From Thermofilaceae archaeon (GTDB lineage: Archaea; Thermoproteota; Thermoprotei; Thermofilales; Thermofilaceae), in contig JAWCCZ010000001.1 of the NCBI GenBank assembly GCA_038861545.1, positions 416,001-480,000 on the forward strand: 64,000 nucleotides of DNA, read 5' to 3'. Both the position numbers and the translations under genes were made by a program. Positions 30,267 through 40,883 of this stretch are shown here, piece by piece. The notes beneath the pieces were generated by a model that was given only the letters and a program-made list of their open reading frames with translations, was not told the DNA's origin and made no database searches. Positions within the stretch are counted from its first letter, which is position 1; each line of letters opens with the position of its first letter.

Positions 30267-32609
30267 TTGCTCTTATGGCTTAAACTGGTTCCTCACAATT
30301 CTCTTCTTCATAGATCTAACGCGCTACGAGTGGACTTATTAACCGGGTCGCGGCTATTACCTGTGACGGGGCTGAGGCTTTCCACCGTGCTCGCGGTTCT
30401 GGTAATAGCTATTTTAAGTCTGTACTCTTGGCTACTCTTAAATACCATGAAGCCCGCTGGGAGGGGCGTGGAGGGTCAGAGAGAGATCAAGCCCACGAGC
30501 CTTGAGGAAATTCTAGGAAGCCTTACGCTAGAAGAGAAGGCCAGCCTCGTCGTGGGTTGGGGGTGGTCTAGAAGAGTTCCCGGCTCGGCCGGGGAGACAA
30601 GACCCGTTCGAATTACCTCGATGGTCACTGCCGACGGCCCCTCGGGTATAAGGATTGAGGCTACGAAAGAGCAGAAGTGGTACGCAACCGCTTTTCCAGT
30701 ACCCACAATGCTCGCCTCAACATGGAACCCTGAGCTTGTAGAGGCTGTAGGCAGGGCGATGGGGGAAGAGGCTAGAGAGTACGGCGTCGACATATTCCTA
30801 GCTCCCGGACTGAATCTACACCGCCACCCGCTCTGCGGTAGGAACTTTGAGTATTTTTCCGAAGACCCGCTACTGAGCGGGAAAATAGGAGCAGCATACG
30901 TTAAAGGCGTCCAGTCAACAGGCGTAGGTGCTACGCCTAAACACTTTGTAGCTAATGAGCAGGAAATTAACCGAGTTGTAGTTGATACGATCGTTTCCGA
31001 GCGAGCGTTACGGGAAATCTACTTGAAACCTTTCGAGATAGTGATTAAGGAGGCTAGACCTTGGGCCGTGATGAGCGCTTACAATAAACTAAACGGCAAG
31101 TACTGCTCGCAGAACGAGTGGTTGCTCACGAAAGTGTTAAGAGAGGAATGGGGTTTCGATGGCATAGTGATGAGCGATTGGGGAGCTGGAGACAATCCGG
31201 TCGAGCAGATTAAAGCCGGTAACGACTTGATAATGCCCGGTAACGATCAGATAGTTTCGACTCTCCTTCAAGCTGCTAGAAAGGGAGAGCTAAACGAGCT
31301 CGATCTCAACAGAAGCGTTGAGAGGATAGTGAAGGTTGCTGAAAACTCGTTACCCTACAAAGGGTATAACTACTCTAACAACCCGGATCTCGAATCACAC
31401 GCCAAGCTAGCCTATGAGGCCGCAGCTGAAGGCGTAGTCCTGCTTAAGAATTCGAATATGACTTTGCCTCTGAAGCCCAGTGCTAGCTTAGCAGTATTCG
31501 GAACAGGGCAGGTTGAGACCCTGAAAGGCGGTATGGGTAGTGGTCACACTCACCCTAGGTACGTCGTCACAGTACTCCAGGGCTTAAGGGAACGAGGTTT
31601 TAGGGTGGATGAAGAGCTATCCTCTATTTATGAGAGGTACGTTATTGAGAAGAGAGGTAAAGAATTTCTCGAGAAACTATTCTACGAAGAAGCGTACCCT
31701 GAGCCTCTGCTGCAAGATATTGTAAGCGAAGATCAAGTAAGGGAATTCGCTGAGCGTAACGACGCGGCGGTAATCGTTGTTACGAGGATTTCCGGTGAAG
31801 GCTGGGACAGGCGGCTCGATAAAGGCGACTTCTACTTAAGCGACAGCGAGCGGCGCCTCATAGAAACAGTATCCAGGTTTTTCCACGCTAAAGGGAAAAA
31901 GGTTATCGTCGTGCTTAACATCTGCGGGCCTATCGAAGTCGTCAGCTGGCGAGACCTTGTCGATGCTATAGTTCTCATATGGTTGCCCGGACAGGAGGCC
32001 GGCAGGGTTCTGGCCGACGTAGCAAACGGCAAAGTAAACCCCTCCGGTAAGTTACCTACAACATTCCCAAGGGATTGGCCTGATGTACCTGTTGCAAAGT
32101 CTTACGAGTGTTACCCGGGTGTTCCCGTTGAAAACCCGCAGCGGGTTATGTACTGTGAGGGAGTCTACGTTGGTTACAGATACTACGATACCTTTGGCGT
32201 AGAACCGGCTTACGAGTTCGGTTACGGGCTCAGCTACACGACTTTCGAGTACAGGAACTTGAGTGTCTCTAAGGAGGGAGATGCAGTTAAAGCATCCTTC
32301 GAGGTAGCAAATGTCGGCCAGTATCCCGGAAAAGAAGTCGCCCAAGTGTACGTGAGAGCCCCGAGAGGTAAGGTAGATAAACCGTTTCAAGAGCTCAAAG
32401 CTTTCAGAAAAACACGCTTACTTCTTCCGGGCGAAGTTGAAAAAATCGAGCTGACTATAAGCGTAAACGACCTAGCCAGCTTCGACGAGAGCGAGGGCAT
32501 GTGGCTAGTTGAAGCAGGAGAGTATGAAGTTAGGATTGGAGCTTCGTCAAGGGACATAAGGTTGACGGGTAGGTTTACCATAGAAAATAGTATAACGTTC
32601 AAACCTTAA
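30267..32609 (+). CDS. GH3 beta-glucosidase with N-terminal membrane anchor
   Basis: DGPSG, GRNFEYFSEDP, KHF, MSDW nucleophile, EGVYVGYRY, fibronectin-like tail; true start probably GTG 30363. Confidence 0.95.
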   Translation: MLLWLKLVPHNSLLHRSNALRVDLLTGSRLLPVTGLRLSTVLAVLVIAILSLYSWLLLNTMKPAGRGVEGQREIKPTSLEEILGSLTLEEKASLVVGWGWSRRVPGSAGETRPVRITSMVTADGPSGIRIEATKEQKWYATAFPVPTMLASTWNPELVEAVGRAMGEEAREYGVDIFLAPGLNLHRHPLCGRNFEYFSEDPLLSGKIGAAYVKGVQSTGVGATPKHFVANEQEINRVVVDTIVSERALREIYLKPFEIVIKEARPWAVMSAYNKLNGKYCSQNEWLLTKVLREEWGFDGIVMSDWGAGDNPVEQIKAGNDLIMPGNDQIVSTLLQAARKGELNELDLNRSVERIVKVAENSLPYKGYNYSNNPDLESHAKLAYEAAAEGVVLLKNSNMTLPLKPSASLAVFGTGQVETLKGGMGSGHTHPRYVVTVLQGLRERGFRVDEELSSIYERYVIEKRGKEFLEKLFYEEAYPEPLLQDIVSEDQVREFAERNDAAVIVVTRISGEGWDRRLDKGDFYLSDSERRLIETVSRFFHAKGKKVIVVLNICGPIEVVSWRDLVDAIVLIWLPGQEAGRVLADVANGKVNPSGKLPTTFPRDWPDVPVAKSYECYPGVPVENPQRVMYCEGVYVGYRYYDTFGVEPAYEFGYGLSYTTFEYRNLSVSKEGDAVKASFEVANVGQYPGKEVAQVYVRAPRGKVDKPFQELKAFRKTRLLLPGEVEKIELTISVNDLASFDESEGMWLVEAGEYEVRIGASSRDIRLTGRFTIENSITFKP

Positions 32610-32742
32610 ATTAATTTTAGCGTGCTGTAAGATGTAACCCATTTATATTTTCAATATACAGAATCAGTATAGGTTTCCCATGTTCATATTAAAATAATTG
32701 CTTGCTAGAAAAGTATATTCGAACCCATTTTCAGTTTAAATT

Positions 32743-34098
32743 ATGAACGTTGAAGGTAAAATCCTTTGGATTATTGACCTACTCTCCCGGCTTATCCAGG
32801 TTAACACTACCAATCCTCCGGGAAACGAGACTCCGGCTGCTAAGCTCGTGGCTGAAGAGTTGGAAGGTAAAGGGGTTGAATATAAGCTACTAGAAAGCGC
32901 TCCAGAGAGAGGAAACATAGTAGCATGGGTTGAATCACCTAAGCCCGGCCCATCTCTTCTACTTCTATCCCACCTAGATGTCGTACCGGCAAACCCGGAG
33001 GAGTGGAGCACTGACCCTTTCTCAGGAACCTTGAAGGACGGCTTTATCTGGGGTAGAGGTGCACTAGACGATAAGCTCTCTGTCGCTGTCATGCTGAGAG
33101 TTTTCCTCGATTTAGCTGAATCCAAAAATTTTCACGGTAAGCTGATTTATGCAGCTACAGCGGATGAAGAGATGGGTGGAAGAGCCGGTGCCAAGTGGCT
33201 CGTAGAGAATCATCCGGAGCTCGTCAAAGCCGACTACGTGATCAATGAAGGTGGGGGTTTCGAGATACCCGGTAAGCGGAGCACGTTTCTCGTGCAGACT
33301 GCTGAAAAAGGCGTGTACTGGTTTAAGCTCAAGTTTAAGGGAAAACCAGGCCATGCTTCGATGCCTAAATCAGGCGATAACGCGTTAGTTAAAGCCGCTG
33401 AAGCTGCTAGGCGTTTAAGCGTAGAACAGCCGCCTACAGATGTAAAACCTGGCGTTAAACTAATGATTAAGTATTTTCTGGAGGCTAGGAGCGCTCCTAT
33501 GCTTCTCAGAATGTTCTTAACTTCGAGCCTAGGTGTACATCTTTTTACTAAATTTGCCGGCGACGCCGGGCCAATGTTCGATGCCGTGACCAGGAATACG
33601 ATGGCTCCCACGGTAATTAGAGGAGGTGATAAGGTCAACATCATACCATCCTCCTGTGAACTTTATGTCGACTGCAGGTTGCTGCCCGGGTACGGCGAAG
33701 AATGGGTGAAAACTTACGTTTCTAGTGTTTTGAAGGGATTAGACTACGAGCTGGAGTTCGCTCATAAAGATCCCGCAACCGAGACTCCTACCAATACTCC
33801 CCTTTTCAACGCGATCCGAATGGCTGTGGAGTCGGAGGTACCTGGAGCTTTAACAGCCCCCTACATGTTGACTGGAGGTACGGACTCACGCTTCTTCAGA
33901 ACCGCTTTCAACTCTATTGCATATGGTTTCGTCCCCTGCAGGCAGGACATGCCCCTCAGGGAAATGCTGAGACTTGCACACGGCGTTGACGAAAGAGTCT
34001 CTTTAAAAAACATAGAATTCTGCTTCAGGACCTTATCCAAAGTACTCGAAGTCTTCTACACAACTGCAGAACCTGGCCCGGGAAAGAGTGCCAGTTAA
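32743..34098 (+). CDS. M20/M25/M40 metallopeptidase/amidohydrolase
   Basis: SHLDVVP, GRGALDDK, DEE, NEGG, GGTD, HG.DER. Confidence 0.93.
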   Translation: MNVEGKILWIIDLLSRLIQVNTTNPPGNETPAAKLVAEELEGKGVEYKLLESAPERGNIVAWVESPKPGPSLLLLSHLDVVPANPEEWSTDPFSGTLKDGFIWGRGALDDKLSVAVMLRVFLDLAESKNFHGKLIYAATADEEMGGRAGAKWLVENHPELVKADYVINEGGGFEIPGKRSTFLVQTAEKGVYWFKLKFKGKPGHASMPKSGDNALVKAAEAARRLSVEQPPTDVKPGVKLMIKYFLEARSAPMLLRMFLTSSLGVHLFTKFAGDAGPMFDAVTRNTMAPTVIRGGDKVNIIPSSCELYVDCRLLPGYGEEWVKTYVSSVLKGLDYELEFAHKDPATETPTNTPLFNAIRMAVESEVPGALTAPYMLTGGTDSRFFRTAFNSIAYGFVPCRQDMPLREMLRLAHGVDERVSLKNIEFCFRTLSKVLEVFYTTAEPGPGKSAS

Positions 34099-34425
34099 TG
34101 GTCTCCTCTGATAACCATAAGTTCCTAGCTACGCTTCTATCCTCATAGAAATTTACAAAAGGTTTAAGGATCTCTAAACCGAGTAGTAATTCCAAAATCA
34201 CGACGTTATAATATTTTTTTGTTTTAGCTACTGTTTCTCAGGTTTTCCTGCTTCAACCAATTTGGGCATATAGTCCCATTATACTAAGTAATTGAATGGC
34301 CCGTATAAACCGCTTTGGATGTTAAGCTCTTTGTACTTACGGTTAGAATTTACAGTAGAGCATTAAAGCCTTCACGCGTTAACAATAGGACCGCTTAGGT
34401 CAACTTTTTTATCAAGCTTTTTTCC

Positions 34426-35172
34426 TTGCTAGCTGTGCGAGACCAGGAGGTTAGGTTAGCTTTTATTAGCTGGCGTGAAGCTGGCGAACGTTTTTCACAT
34501 TGTGATGTTACACTTCTACCGGTTGGTTCAACTGAGCAGCATGGTCCCCAGAATCCTCTGGGTACGGACCACTTAATTGCGTATCACCTTGCCTTGGAAG
34601 CTGGCAAACGAACTGGAGTTACCGTTTTACCGCCAATCCCGTTTGGGATCAGCTCGCATCATTCGAGTTTCCCAGGTACGGTTTGGGTGCGGGAATCAGT
34701 TTTCAAAGAGTATGTTAAGGACGTAATCCTCTCGCTGAAAACTCACGGGGTTAAAAAGTTCATAGTAGTAAACGGGCATGGTGGCAACTTACACACGCTC
34801 ACATCGCTTGCAAGGGAGCTGAGAAGGGAGGGGATTCTAGTAGTTACTTACGAGTGGTGGACCCTGCCCCAGTTTAAAGAAATTTTCTCTGAAGATGAGC
34901 TGGGCCATGCCGCGGCGATTGAAACATCGTTAAACCTTTACCTTCACTCTGAAACTGTAAAAATGGAAGCGGCAGTTAATGAGAAACCGGCGAAGCTGCC
35001 TACTGATGGATTAGCTTACTTCCCTGAGAGAACCGATGATAGAGTGCGGAGCGGCGTTTTCGGTACATCCACAACTGCCACGCGAGAGAAAGGTGCTAAG
35101 GTTTTCGAGATAGCCGTAGATGCGCTGGTTAAGCTCGTAGAGGAAGTTAGGAGTTTAGACTTTAAGGCCTAG
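34426..35172 (+). CDS. creatininase family amidohydrolase
   Basis: GSTEQHG..PLGTD, NGHGGN, HA..IETS. Confidence 0.9.
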   Translation: MLAVRDQEVRLAFISWREAGERFSHCDVTLLPVGSTEQHGPQNPLGTDHLIAYHLALEAGKRTGVTVLPPIPFGISSHHSSFPGTVWVRESVFKEYVKDVILSLKTHGVKKFIVVNGHGGNLHTLTSLARELRREGILVVTYEWWTLPQFKEIFSEDELGHAAAIETSLNLYLHSETVKMEAAVNEKPAKLPTDGLAYFPERTDDRVRSGVFGTSTTATREKGAKVFEIAVDALVKLVEEVRSLDFKA

Positions 35173-35188
35173 TAACGGTGGAAACTCA

Positions 35189-35623
35189 TTGACGGGTCCC
35201 GGGGAGGGTAAAATCCCTCTGAAGTCTAGGGTTTTCCTGGTATCCGGACGCTCAAGAGTAGAGCTTTATTGCTCAGTATACCTTCACGTAAAAGGGTATT
35301 CAATGGCTAGGGTTACGCACGTAGACGTGGAGGCTGATCAGTTGAACGAGTTGTTGCTACCAGGAGATTCTGCATACGCGATCGTTTATACTACGGGGGA
35401 AGAGCTGAGGATTAAGTTCCAAGAAGGCAGGAGTCTTAGAAGTACAAGCAAACAAGTTTCAGAGGTATCAATAAAATGCATGGAGCTGGTAAGCGTGCTT
35501 GCACCTGTGAGAAGTATAGCGTATATTGGTGGTAAAGAGGGCGGGATATTCATTGGCTTTAAAAGGGAATTCGTGAGGAAACTGGAAGAACTAGCTGTGA
35601 AGTTGGGCGTTATGCCTAAGTAA
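35189..35623 (+). CDS. conserved hypothetical protein
   Basis: YLHVKGYSMARVTHVD and GGKEGGIFIGFK; no function recognised. Confidence 0.7.
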   Translation: MTGPGEGKIPLKSRVFLVSGRSRVELYCSVYLHVKGYSMARVTHVDVEADQLNELLLPGDSAYAIVYTTGEELRIKFQEGRSLRSTSKQVSEVSIKCMELVSVLAPVRSIAYIGGKEGGIFIGFKREFVRKLEELAVKLGVMPK

Positions 35624-35680
35624 AGCCTTTAGTTAGGTGCATCCACGATCCAGTTAAATACCAGCGTCGATACATTACAT

Positions 35681-36712
35681 ATGCCCAGAGAGGTTCTCTT
35701 GTTAGAACCCAGAAAGTTAGCCTTTAATGAGTACGATGAGTTACCGTTAAAGTCCAACGAGATAAGGGTAAGGAGTGTTTTTTCATCCGAGAAACATGGG
35801 ACAATGCTTGCCTTCTACCGTGGAACTGCTATTTGGCTAAGCAAGTCTTACGATCCAGACTTGACGTTATTCGTGGAAAGGAAGGGTGGAAAATTGTACC
35901 CCATGCATGTGGGGAATATGACTGTGGGCGTGGTTATTGAAGTCGGAGAAAACGTGAAGAAGTTTAAAGAGGGAGATAGGGTTTTTGGTTACTTGCCTAT
36001 TAGGGAAACGCATACAGTTTCCGAGGATTCTGTTTGGGCTGCACCGGCTGGAGTTACCGACGAGGAGCTAGTATGCATTGATCCAGCGGTTGTAGCTCTA
36101 ATGGGAATAAGGGAGGGCACTGTTAAGCTGGGCGATACTGTCGCCGTATTTGGGCTCGGTGCAATTGGTCTTCTAACCGTGCAGATGGCTAAACTTTCCG
36201 GAACTTTAACGGTTGTAGGAATAGACCCTGTTGAAAACAGGAGAAAACTAGCTGAAGAATATGGGGCGGATTTCACGGTGAATCCCCACAGCTGCGACGC
36301 TGGTTTTGAGGTGAAAAGGATCGTGAAGGGAGGTGTAGACGTGGTTATTGAGACAAGCGGTTCATATCAGGCTCTCCATCAAGCTATGAGAGCAGTAAAA
36401 TGGGGTGGTAGAGTCGTGCCGGTTTCTTGGTATCAAGGCGAAGCGCGAGGGCTTTACCTAGGTGAAGAGTTCCACCATAATCGCCTTACTGTGATTTCCG
36501 GAGCAAGAGTAGAGAGTGAACCTTACAGAGAGTATCCCCTGTGGGATCGCCGCAGAGTGTACGACACCGTACTCGAACTATTTAAAAGAAGGGCGCTTAC
36601 GGTAAAGGGTATGCTAAAGCCTATCGTGAAGTTTGATGAAATGATCGAAGCTTATAGGCTCATAGATGAGCAACCTGAAAACGCCATAAAGCTGGGAGTG
36701 AAATATTCCTAA
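35681..36712 (+). CDS. MDR-superfamily (zinc-binding dehydrogenase-like) oxidoreductase
   Basis: GroES-like domain plus GLGAIG Rossmann motif; canonical GHE zinc motif replaced by GNM. Confidence 0.85.
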   Translation: MPREVLLLEPRKLAFNEYDELPLKSNEIRVRSVFSSEKHGTMLAFYRGTAIWLSKSYDPDLTLFVERKGGKLYPMHVGNMTVGVVIEVGENVKKFKEGDRVFGYLPIRETHTVSEDSVWAAPAGVTDEELVCIDPAVVALMGIREGTVKLGDTVAVFGLGAIGLLTVQMAKLSGTLTVVGIDPVENRRKLAEEYGADFTVNPHSCDAGFEVKRIVKGGVDVVIETSGSYQALHQAMRAVKWGGRVVPVSWYQGEARGLYLGEEFHHNRLTVISGARVESEPYREYPLWDRRRVYDTVLELFKRRALTVKGMLKPIVKFDEMIEAYRLIDEQPENAIKLGVKYS

Positions 36713-36715
36713 AGT

Positions 36716-38404
36716 TCACTGAAAGAATTCCTCTATTCTTCGCTCCTTAGCACTGAGTTCTCCCTCTGCTTTCACTACTTCACCTACAAGGTATGGGGCC
36801 AAGTTTACGGGGCGTGAAGGTTTACTCCACTCTTCACGCCAATCGATATCCTTACCTCCCAAGGCTACTCCATACTTCGCTTGAAAATCATAGATTCTTA
36901 TGATCGCCGGCGTTGGTGCAGCTGAACCAGAGATTAAAGCTTCTCCAGTGCTTAACCCGGAAAGGCCTTCTACGAGTTCCTTCATTACATCCTCCATACT
37001 GCTGAGGATGTACTCCTGATCCCTGGGATTCGAGGTTCTGAGCGCTATAAGTGTACCGCATTGAGCTAAAAGTGTTTGGGAAAGTTCTCGAGGTCTTTGG
37101 CTTACTACTCCGAGCCCTATACCAAATTTCCTTCCCTCCTTAGCTATCTTTTCGAGAATATCCTTAGCTGGGCTCCACCTCCCTTGAGGCGCATAGTTAT
37201 GCGCCTCCTCAACGAGTACGAGAGTTGGCTGGGGCGCACCGGCTAATACACTAGCGGTTATCAATCTCCACAACGATTTCAGCACTGTTGACACAGTGGA
37301 AGCCTGCGCGTCGCTAGGTAGACCACCCAACGAGAGTATGCTAAGGCCCGGCTCAAGAAGCGATCCGTATACCTTCACATAAGCTTCGACGCTTCTCTGA
37401 GGCTCTTCTTTATTAGTAATAGAGACATAAAATTCTTCGCTAAACCTAGGTCGAGTTATATAGCTTAGGTCTGAGTTATCCAACATTGAGTCGATCTTTA
37501 ATAAGAGATCTTCCAGCGATCGATCAGTGTATCTGCTACCTTTAGCCTGTTCAGCCAGAGCTTCTCGCAGCTCCCCTGGCTTAAAGTAGATGGGGTCATT
37601 AGCCGTGGCTGGGGGGAATCGATGACTACGAACTTCTTGGAGCGCGTTTCTCAGGTACATCATCTGCTTAGTGGCTTTGGAGGGATCAAGCCTTAAGAGA
37701 GCGGCTATCTCCTCAAAGCCTAAGGTCCATAAAGGTACTTCGAGGGGCCTCGGCACTACTCCATAACGCGTCTCAATTAGCTTTGAGACCTTGCCGATGG
37801 GGGTAAGCACCCTAGCCGAAATGTACTTACCAGCCAAGGGCACGTACTCGCTGTGGGTATCAATTACTATGACCTTGGAGTACGGGTACTTCTCGAGAAT
37901 GGACGCCAATATAACGGCTACGGTGTTAGATTTACCGGCCCCTGTCATCGCAAGGACAGCAAAATGGCGGGAACAGAGCATGTTAAGTGAGAGCGAGAAC
38001 GGGACATTGGCGTCGAAGCTGAGCCGTCCTAGCTCGATGTCCCCGTGGCCCATTAACTCAACTAGTTCTTTACTCGCGGCTGCGTAGACTACCTGGCCCG
38101 GATGGGGCAGCTCAGGCACACCTCTTTTAATACCTTCCTCTGTCTTGCAGCCGACAAGCATCGCTATTAACTCGTTTCTAGCTGGCCTGATCTCAGCATA
38201 ACCCTCAAGCTCCTCAATGATTCTGCCTTTACGGTATAGCTCATCCAACAAGTTAAAGCTAACCACCATAGCATAAGCCCAGGTATCACCACATTCTATT
38301 TTTACATAGATGCCAGGTTTAGCCATTAATTGCATCTTATCCTCGAAAACCGCGAATCGGATCAAGCTTCTACCGTAAACTGTTACAATCCTTCCAACTT
38401 CCAT
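36716..38404 (-). CDS. herA: HerA helicase/translocase ATPase
   Basis: HAS barrel, AMTGAGKSN Walker A, VEEAH Walker B, KEGRKFG, SQRP. Confidence 0.93.
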   Translation of the reverse strand: MEVGRIVTVYGRSLIRFAVFEDKMQLMAKPGIYVKIECGDTWAYAMVVSFNLLDELYRKGRIIEELEGYAEIRPARNELIAMLVGCKTEEGIKRGVPELPHPGQVVYAAASKELVELMGHGDIELGRLSFDANVPFSLSLNMLCSRHFAVLAMTGAGKSNTVAVILASILEKYPYSKVIVIDTHSEYVPLAGKYISARVLTPIGKVSKLIETRYGVVPRPLEVPLWTLGFEEIAALLRLDPSKATKQMMYLRNALQEVRSHRFPPATANDPIYFKPGELREALAEQAKGSRYTDRSLEDLLLKIDSMLDNSDLSYITRPRFSEEFYVSITNKEEPQRSVEAYVKVYGSLLEPGLSILSLGGLPSDAQASTVSTVLKSLWRLITASVLAGAPQPTLVLVEEAHNYAPQGRWSPAKDILEKIAKEGRKFGIGLGVVSQRPRELSQTLLAQCGTLIALRTSNPRDQEYILSSMEDVMKELVEGLSGLSTGEALISGSAAPTPAIIRIYDFQAKYGVALGGKDIDWREEWSKPSRPVNLAPYLVGEVVKAEGELSAKERRIEEFFQ

Positions 38405-38408
38405 AAAC

Positions 38409-39611
38409 TCACCTTAACCCGGCCATCGCTCTACCCGACGGCGCGAGCATGGATCTCACTACTGAGATATGCTCCCTTTTATACAGTTCGTCCGCCATTA
38501 AGCGAACTAGCTCAGGGTTTAAAACGGCCAAGTGATGCACGTAGCTTAAAGGTCTTGGGTAACCCTTTTGGTCAGACAGTTCGGAAAGTGTTGAAACCGC
38601 TTTGACTGCAGTGTCGAGGGAGACAAAACTGGGAAACGTCATCTGTGAAACAGGCCCCTTCCTCCTTAGCTTAAAATACAATACATGATAAGTACTCCAC
38701 TTACTATACACTTCTTCCAATAGCTTACGTGAAGCTGCACAGGATTTAGGTCTCCCAAACCTGGCCCCCTCAATTAAAGCGTAAACCGAATCGTAAGTTC
38801 TCCATGAGTGATCTAGTAAGGAAAGATCGTTCAACCATCCGAGTATGCCCTTTTTTTCGACTATGAATCTACTTTCTGCATCCTTTGCGACCCATAAAGG
38901 GGCGGTATTGAGCTCCATGCATCTTTTAAGGAACTCGTTAAGGGTGCTCAGATACGCTGTTGCTTCAACATACACCACTGAGTAGTCTAATGCCTCTTTC
39001 TTGGACATAATATCTGGAGCAATAAGGCTTATCTCCTGGTAGAGTGAGTTGGCTAGACCTGAGATTCCCTCAAGTAGTTTGGAGAATCCGTTCAAAGGTT
39101 CCTCTCCTAGTTTGTCGCAGACTAAGGCTAATGTTTTCTCTCCGTATTTATCTTCGATGTCGGGATATAGATAGCCTAGTTTAGCTAAAGTTAGATTCTC
39201 TTGGACGTCATGCGGGTGACCAAAAGGTACCATCATCTCAGAAATATAACTACCATCGAGAAATATTGCATCAACACCTCTCTTGATTATATCTATGGCA
39301 GCAAACATCTCTAGCATAGACATTAGAAGCCCTGCTCTTGATTCACCATAGCTTTTAGGCGCAAGCACTGTAATAAGAGGCCTCGAACTCCCGGGTAAAA
39401 GTTTCTCAAGCCTATCACCACTCACGATTAGCGAAGCTGCTGAAAGAGATAACATATACACACCTCTTCTCTCATCTAAAGCGAAGCTGCCGTCTACAAA
39501 TCCAGTTTTATTTAAGTGTTCAGTGTTTATTGGTTCTGCTAGCCCCTTCAAATCCTCCTCAACACGCGTAATTACTTCTTCAATTGTTCTAAATATGCTC
39601 ACGTTTAGCAC
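38409..39611 (-). CDS. nurA: NurA 5'-3' nuclease
   Basis: FVDGS, LDGS, AKD, GYP.PL...H motifs; directly upstream of herA. Confidence 0.88.
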   Translation of the reverse strand: MLNVSIFRTIEEVITRVEEDLKGLAEPINTEHLNKTGFVDGSFALDERRGVYMLSLSAASLIVSGDRLEKLLPGSSRPLITVLAPKSYGESRAGLLMSMLEMFAAIDIIKRGVDAIFLDGSYISEMMVPFGHPHDVQENLTLAKLGYLYPDIEDKYGEKTLALVCDKLGEEPLNGFSKLLEGISGLANSLYQEISLIAPDIMSKKEALDYSVVYVEATAYLSTLNEFLKRCMELNTAPLWVAKDAESRFIVEKKGILGWLNDLSLLDHSWRTYDSVYALIEGARFGRPKSCAASRKLLEEVYSKWSTYHVLYFKLRRKGPVSQMTFPSFVSLDTAVKAVSTLSELSDQKGYPRPLSYVHHLAVLNPELVRLMADELYKREHISVVRSMLAPSGRAMAGLR

Positions 39612-39702
39612 GGCGACCTCTTCTTAAAGAGTTTATGTCTGATTAAAGGTCTCGCAAAGAGTATAATGAAAGTGTAACAGCATGAGTGCAAGTTCCAGTA
39701 CG

Positions 39703-40818
39703 TTACCATCGATCAGGTTGCCACACGTACGGCGTAGATTTTGGAAAAAGAGTTGCACATAATCCTACTTGGCCTCGTGTCTCAACGGAGGAAAGCAGCT
39801 CGAACGGGTTTCTGTATCCGAAAATAAGCTGAGCGGCGTCGCCGGGTCCCAATCTGACCAAGTTGGTGGAAAGCGATCCTTCCTCCACCTTTACAGATTC
39901 ATTCCGCACCCTGATCGTTACAGCCTCACTCTCAACTTCCAGCGTGAAATCTCCATTAGTCCCTTTTGACCTATGTTCCAACTCAGGTATAATCTGTTCT
40001 AAAACTTTCTTGAGTGAAGTAACCCTAGCCATACCCCCACCGCTCCAGCTGTACGAGCTCGTTAATGTGGCCCCGTATGCTTTAGCGACATCGGCAAATG
40101 GATGATCGGGAGGCACATGAACAGTTAAGTGGCTTTTCTTTTCCTCCAATGCTATCGAGTAGAAGCTTTGCAGTAAAGCCCGGTACAACCGGGGATCGTG
40201 ATCCAGAGCCCCTATCTCAGCTACAAGAAACTCCTCGGGACTCGGCCATCTTTCAATAGCAGCGTACGCTACTACTTCGCCTGAAGATTTAATCACTAGA
40301 GGTTTAGCGCTGTGCTCCCAGGCAACCCCCTTCCTGAAACCCTTCCAGTCACCAGGTGATCGAACCTTCGCTCCCGGCCAAGCAGCGTTAATCCTCTCAT
40401 AGATGTCAGCTATCCTCATGCTTTGAAAAGCTGAGTCCTCCGAAACTTCCACTTCGAATCTCCCGCCTCTAATTCTAGATGCGTTTCTAAGGTGTATAGT
40501 TACCGTATGCTCTCCCATGAACGTAGCAAACCCGAATCTATGGTAGTACTCCTGTATACCGAAAAGTGCTGAAAGTGGGTAGCCGAGCTCTTTAACATAG
40601 TGGATTGCATAGTTTAGCGTGGAAGCGGAGTAACCAAGCCCCCTAAATTCCCTTGGCGTGTAAACACCTCCCACGCCGCTTGCGTGGATAACTGAAGACC
40701 CATAGTGCAGCTTTAAATCAAGCAAGTATAGCCAGCTAACTTTAATCCCCTGTTTAAAAGCCTCTACTACATTTTCCCCATCTCCCAGTTTTCTTACGCT
40801 TATATCTAAACTCATCAC
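39703..40818 (-). CDS. Eis-like GNAT acetyltransferase with C-terminal SCP2-like domain
   Basis: GGVYTPREFRGLG acetyl-CoA motif, YYHRFGF, L.FGYR, C-terminal DRW. Confidence 0.82.
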   Translation of the reverse strand: MMSLDISVRKLGDGENVVEAFKQGIKVSWLYLLDLKLHYGSSVIHASGVGGVYTPREFRGLGYSASTLNYAIHYVKELGYPLSALFGIQEYYHRFGFATFMGEHTVTIHLRNASRIRGGRFEVEVSEDSAFQSMRIADIYERINAAWPGAKVRSPGDWKGFRKGVAWEHSAKPLVIKSSGEVVAYAAIERWPSPEEFLVAEIGALDHDPRLYRALLQSFYSIALEEKKSHLTVHVPPDHPFADVAKAYGATLTSSYSWSGGGMARVTSLKKVLEQIIPELEHRSKGTNGDFTLEVESEAVTIRVRNESVKVEEGSLSTNLVRLGPGDAAQLIFGYRNPFELLSSVETRGQVGLCATLFPKSTPYVWQPDRW

Positions 40819-40883
40819 ACTCGACTTAATCGTTTCCGGCCGGTAAAAGTGTGTTACTATGTCTTTCTGGAGAAGCGTTAATG

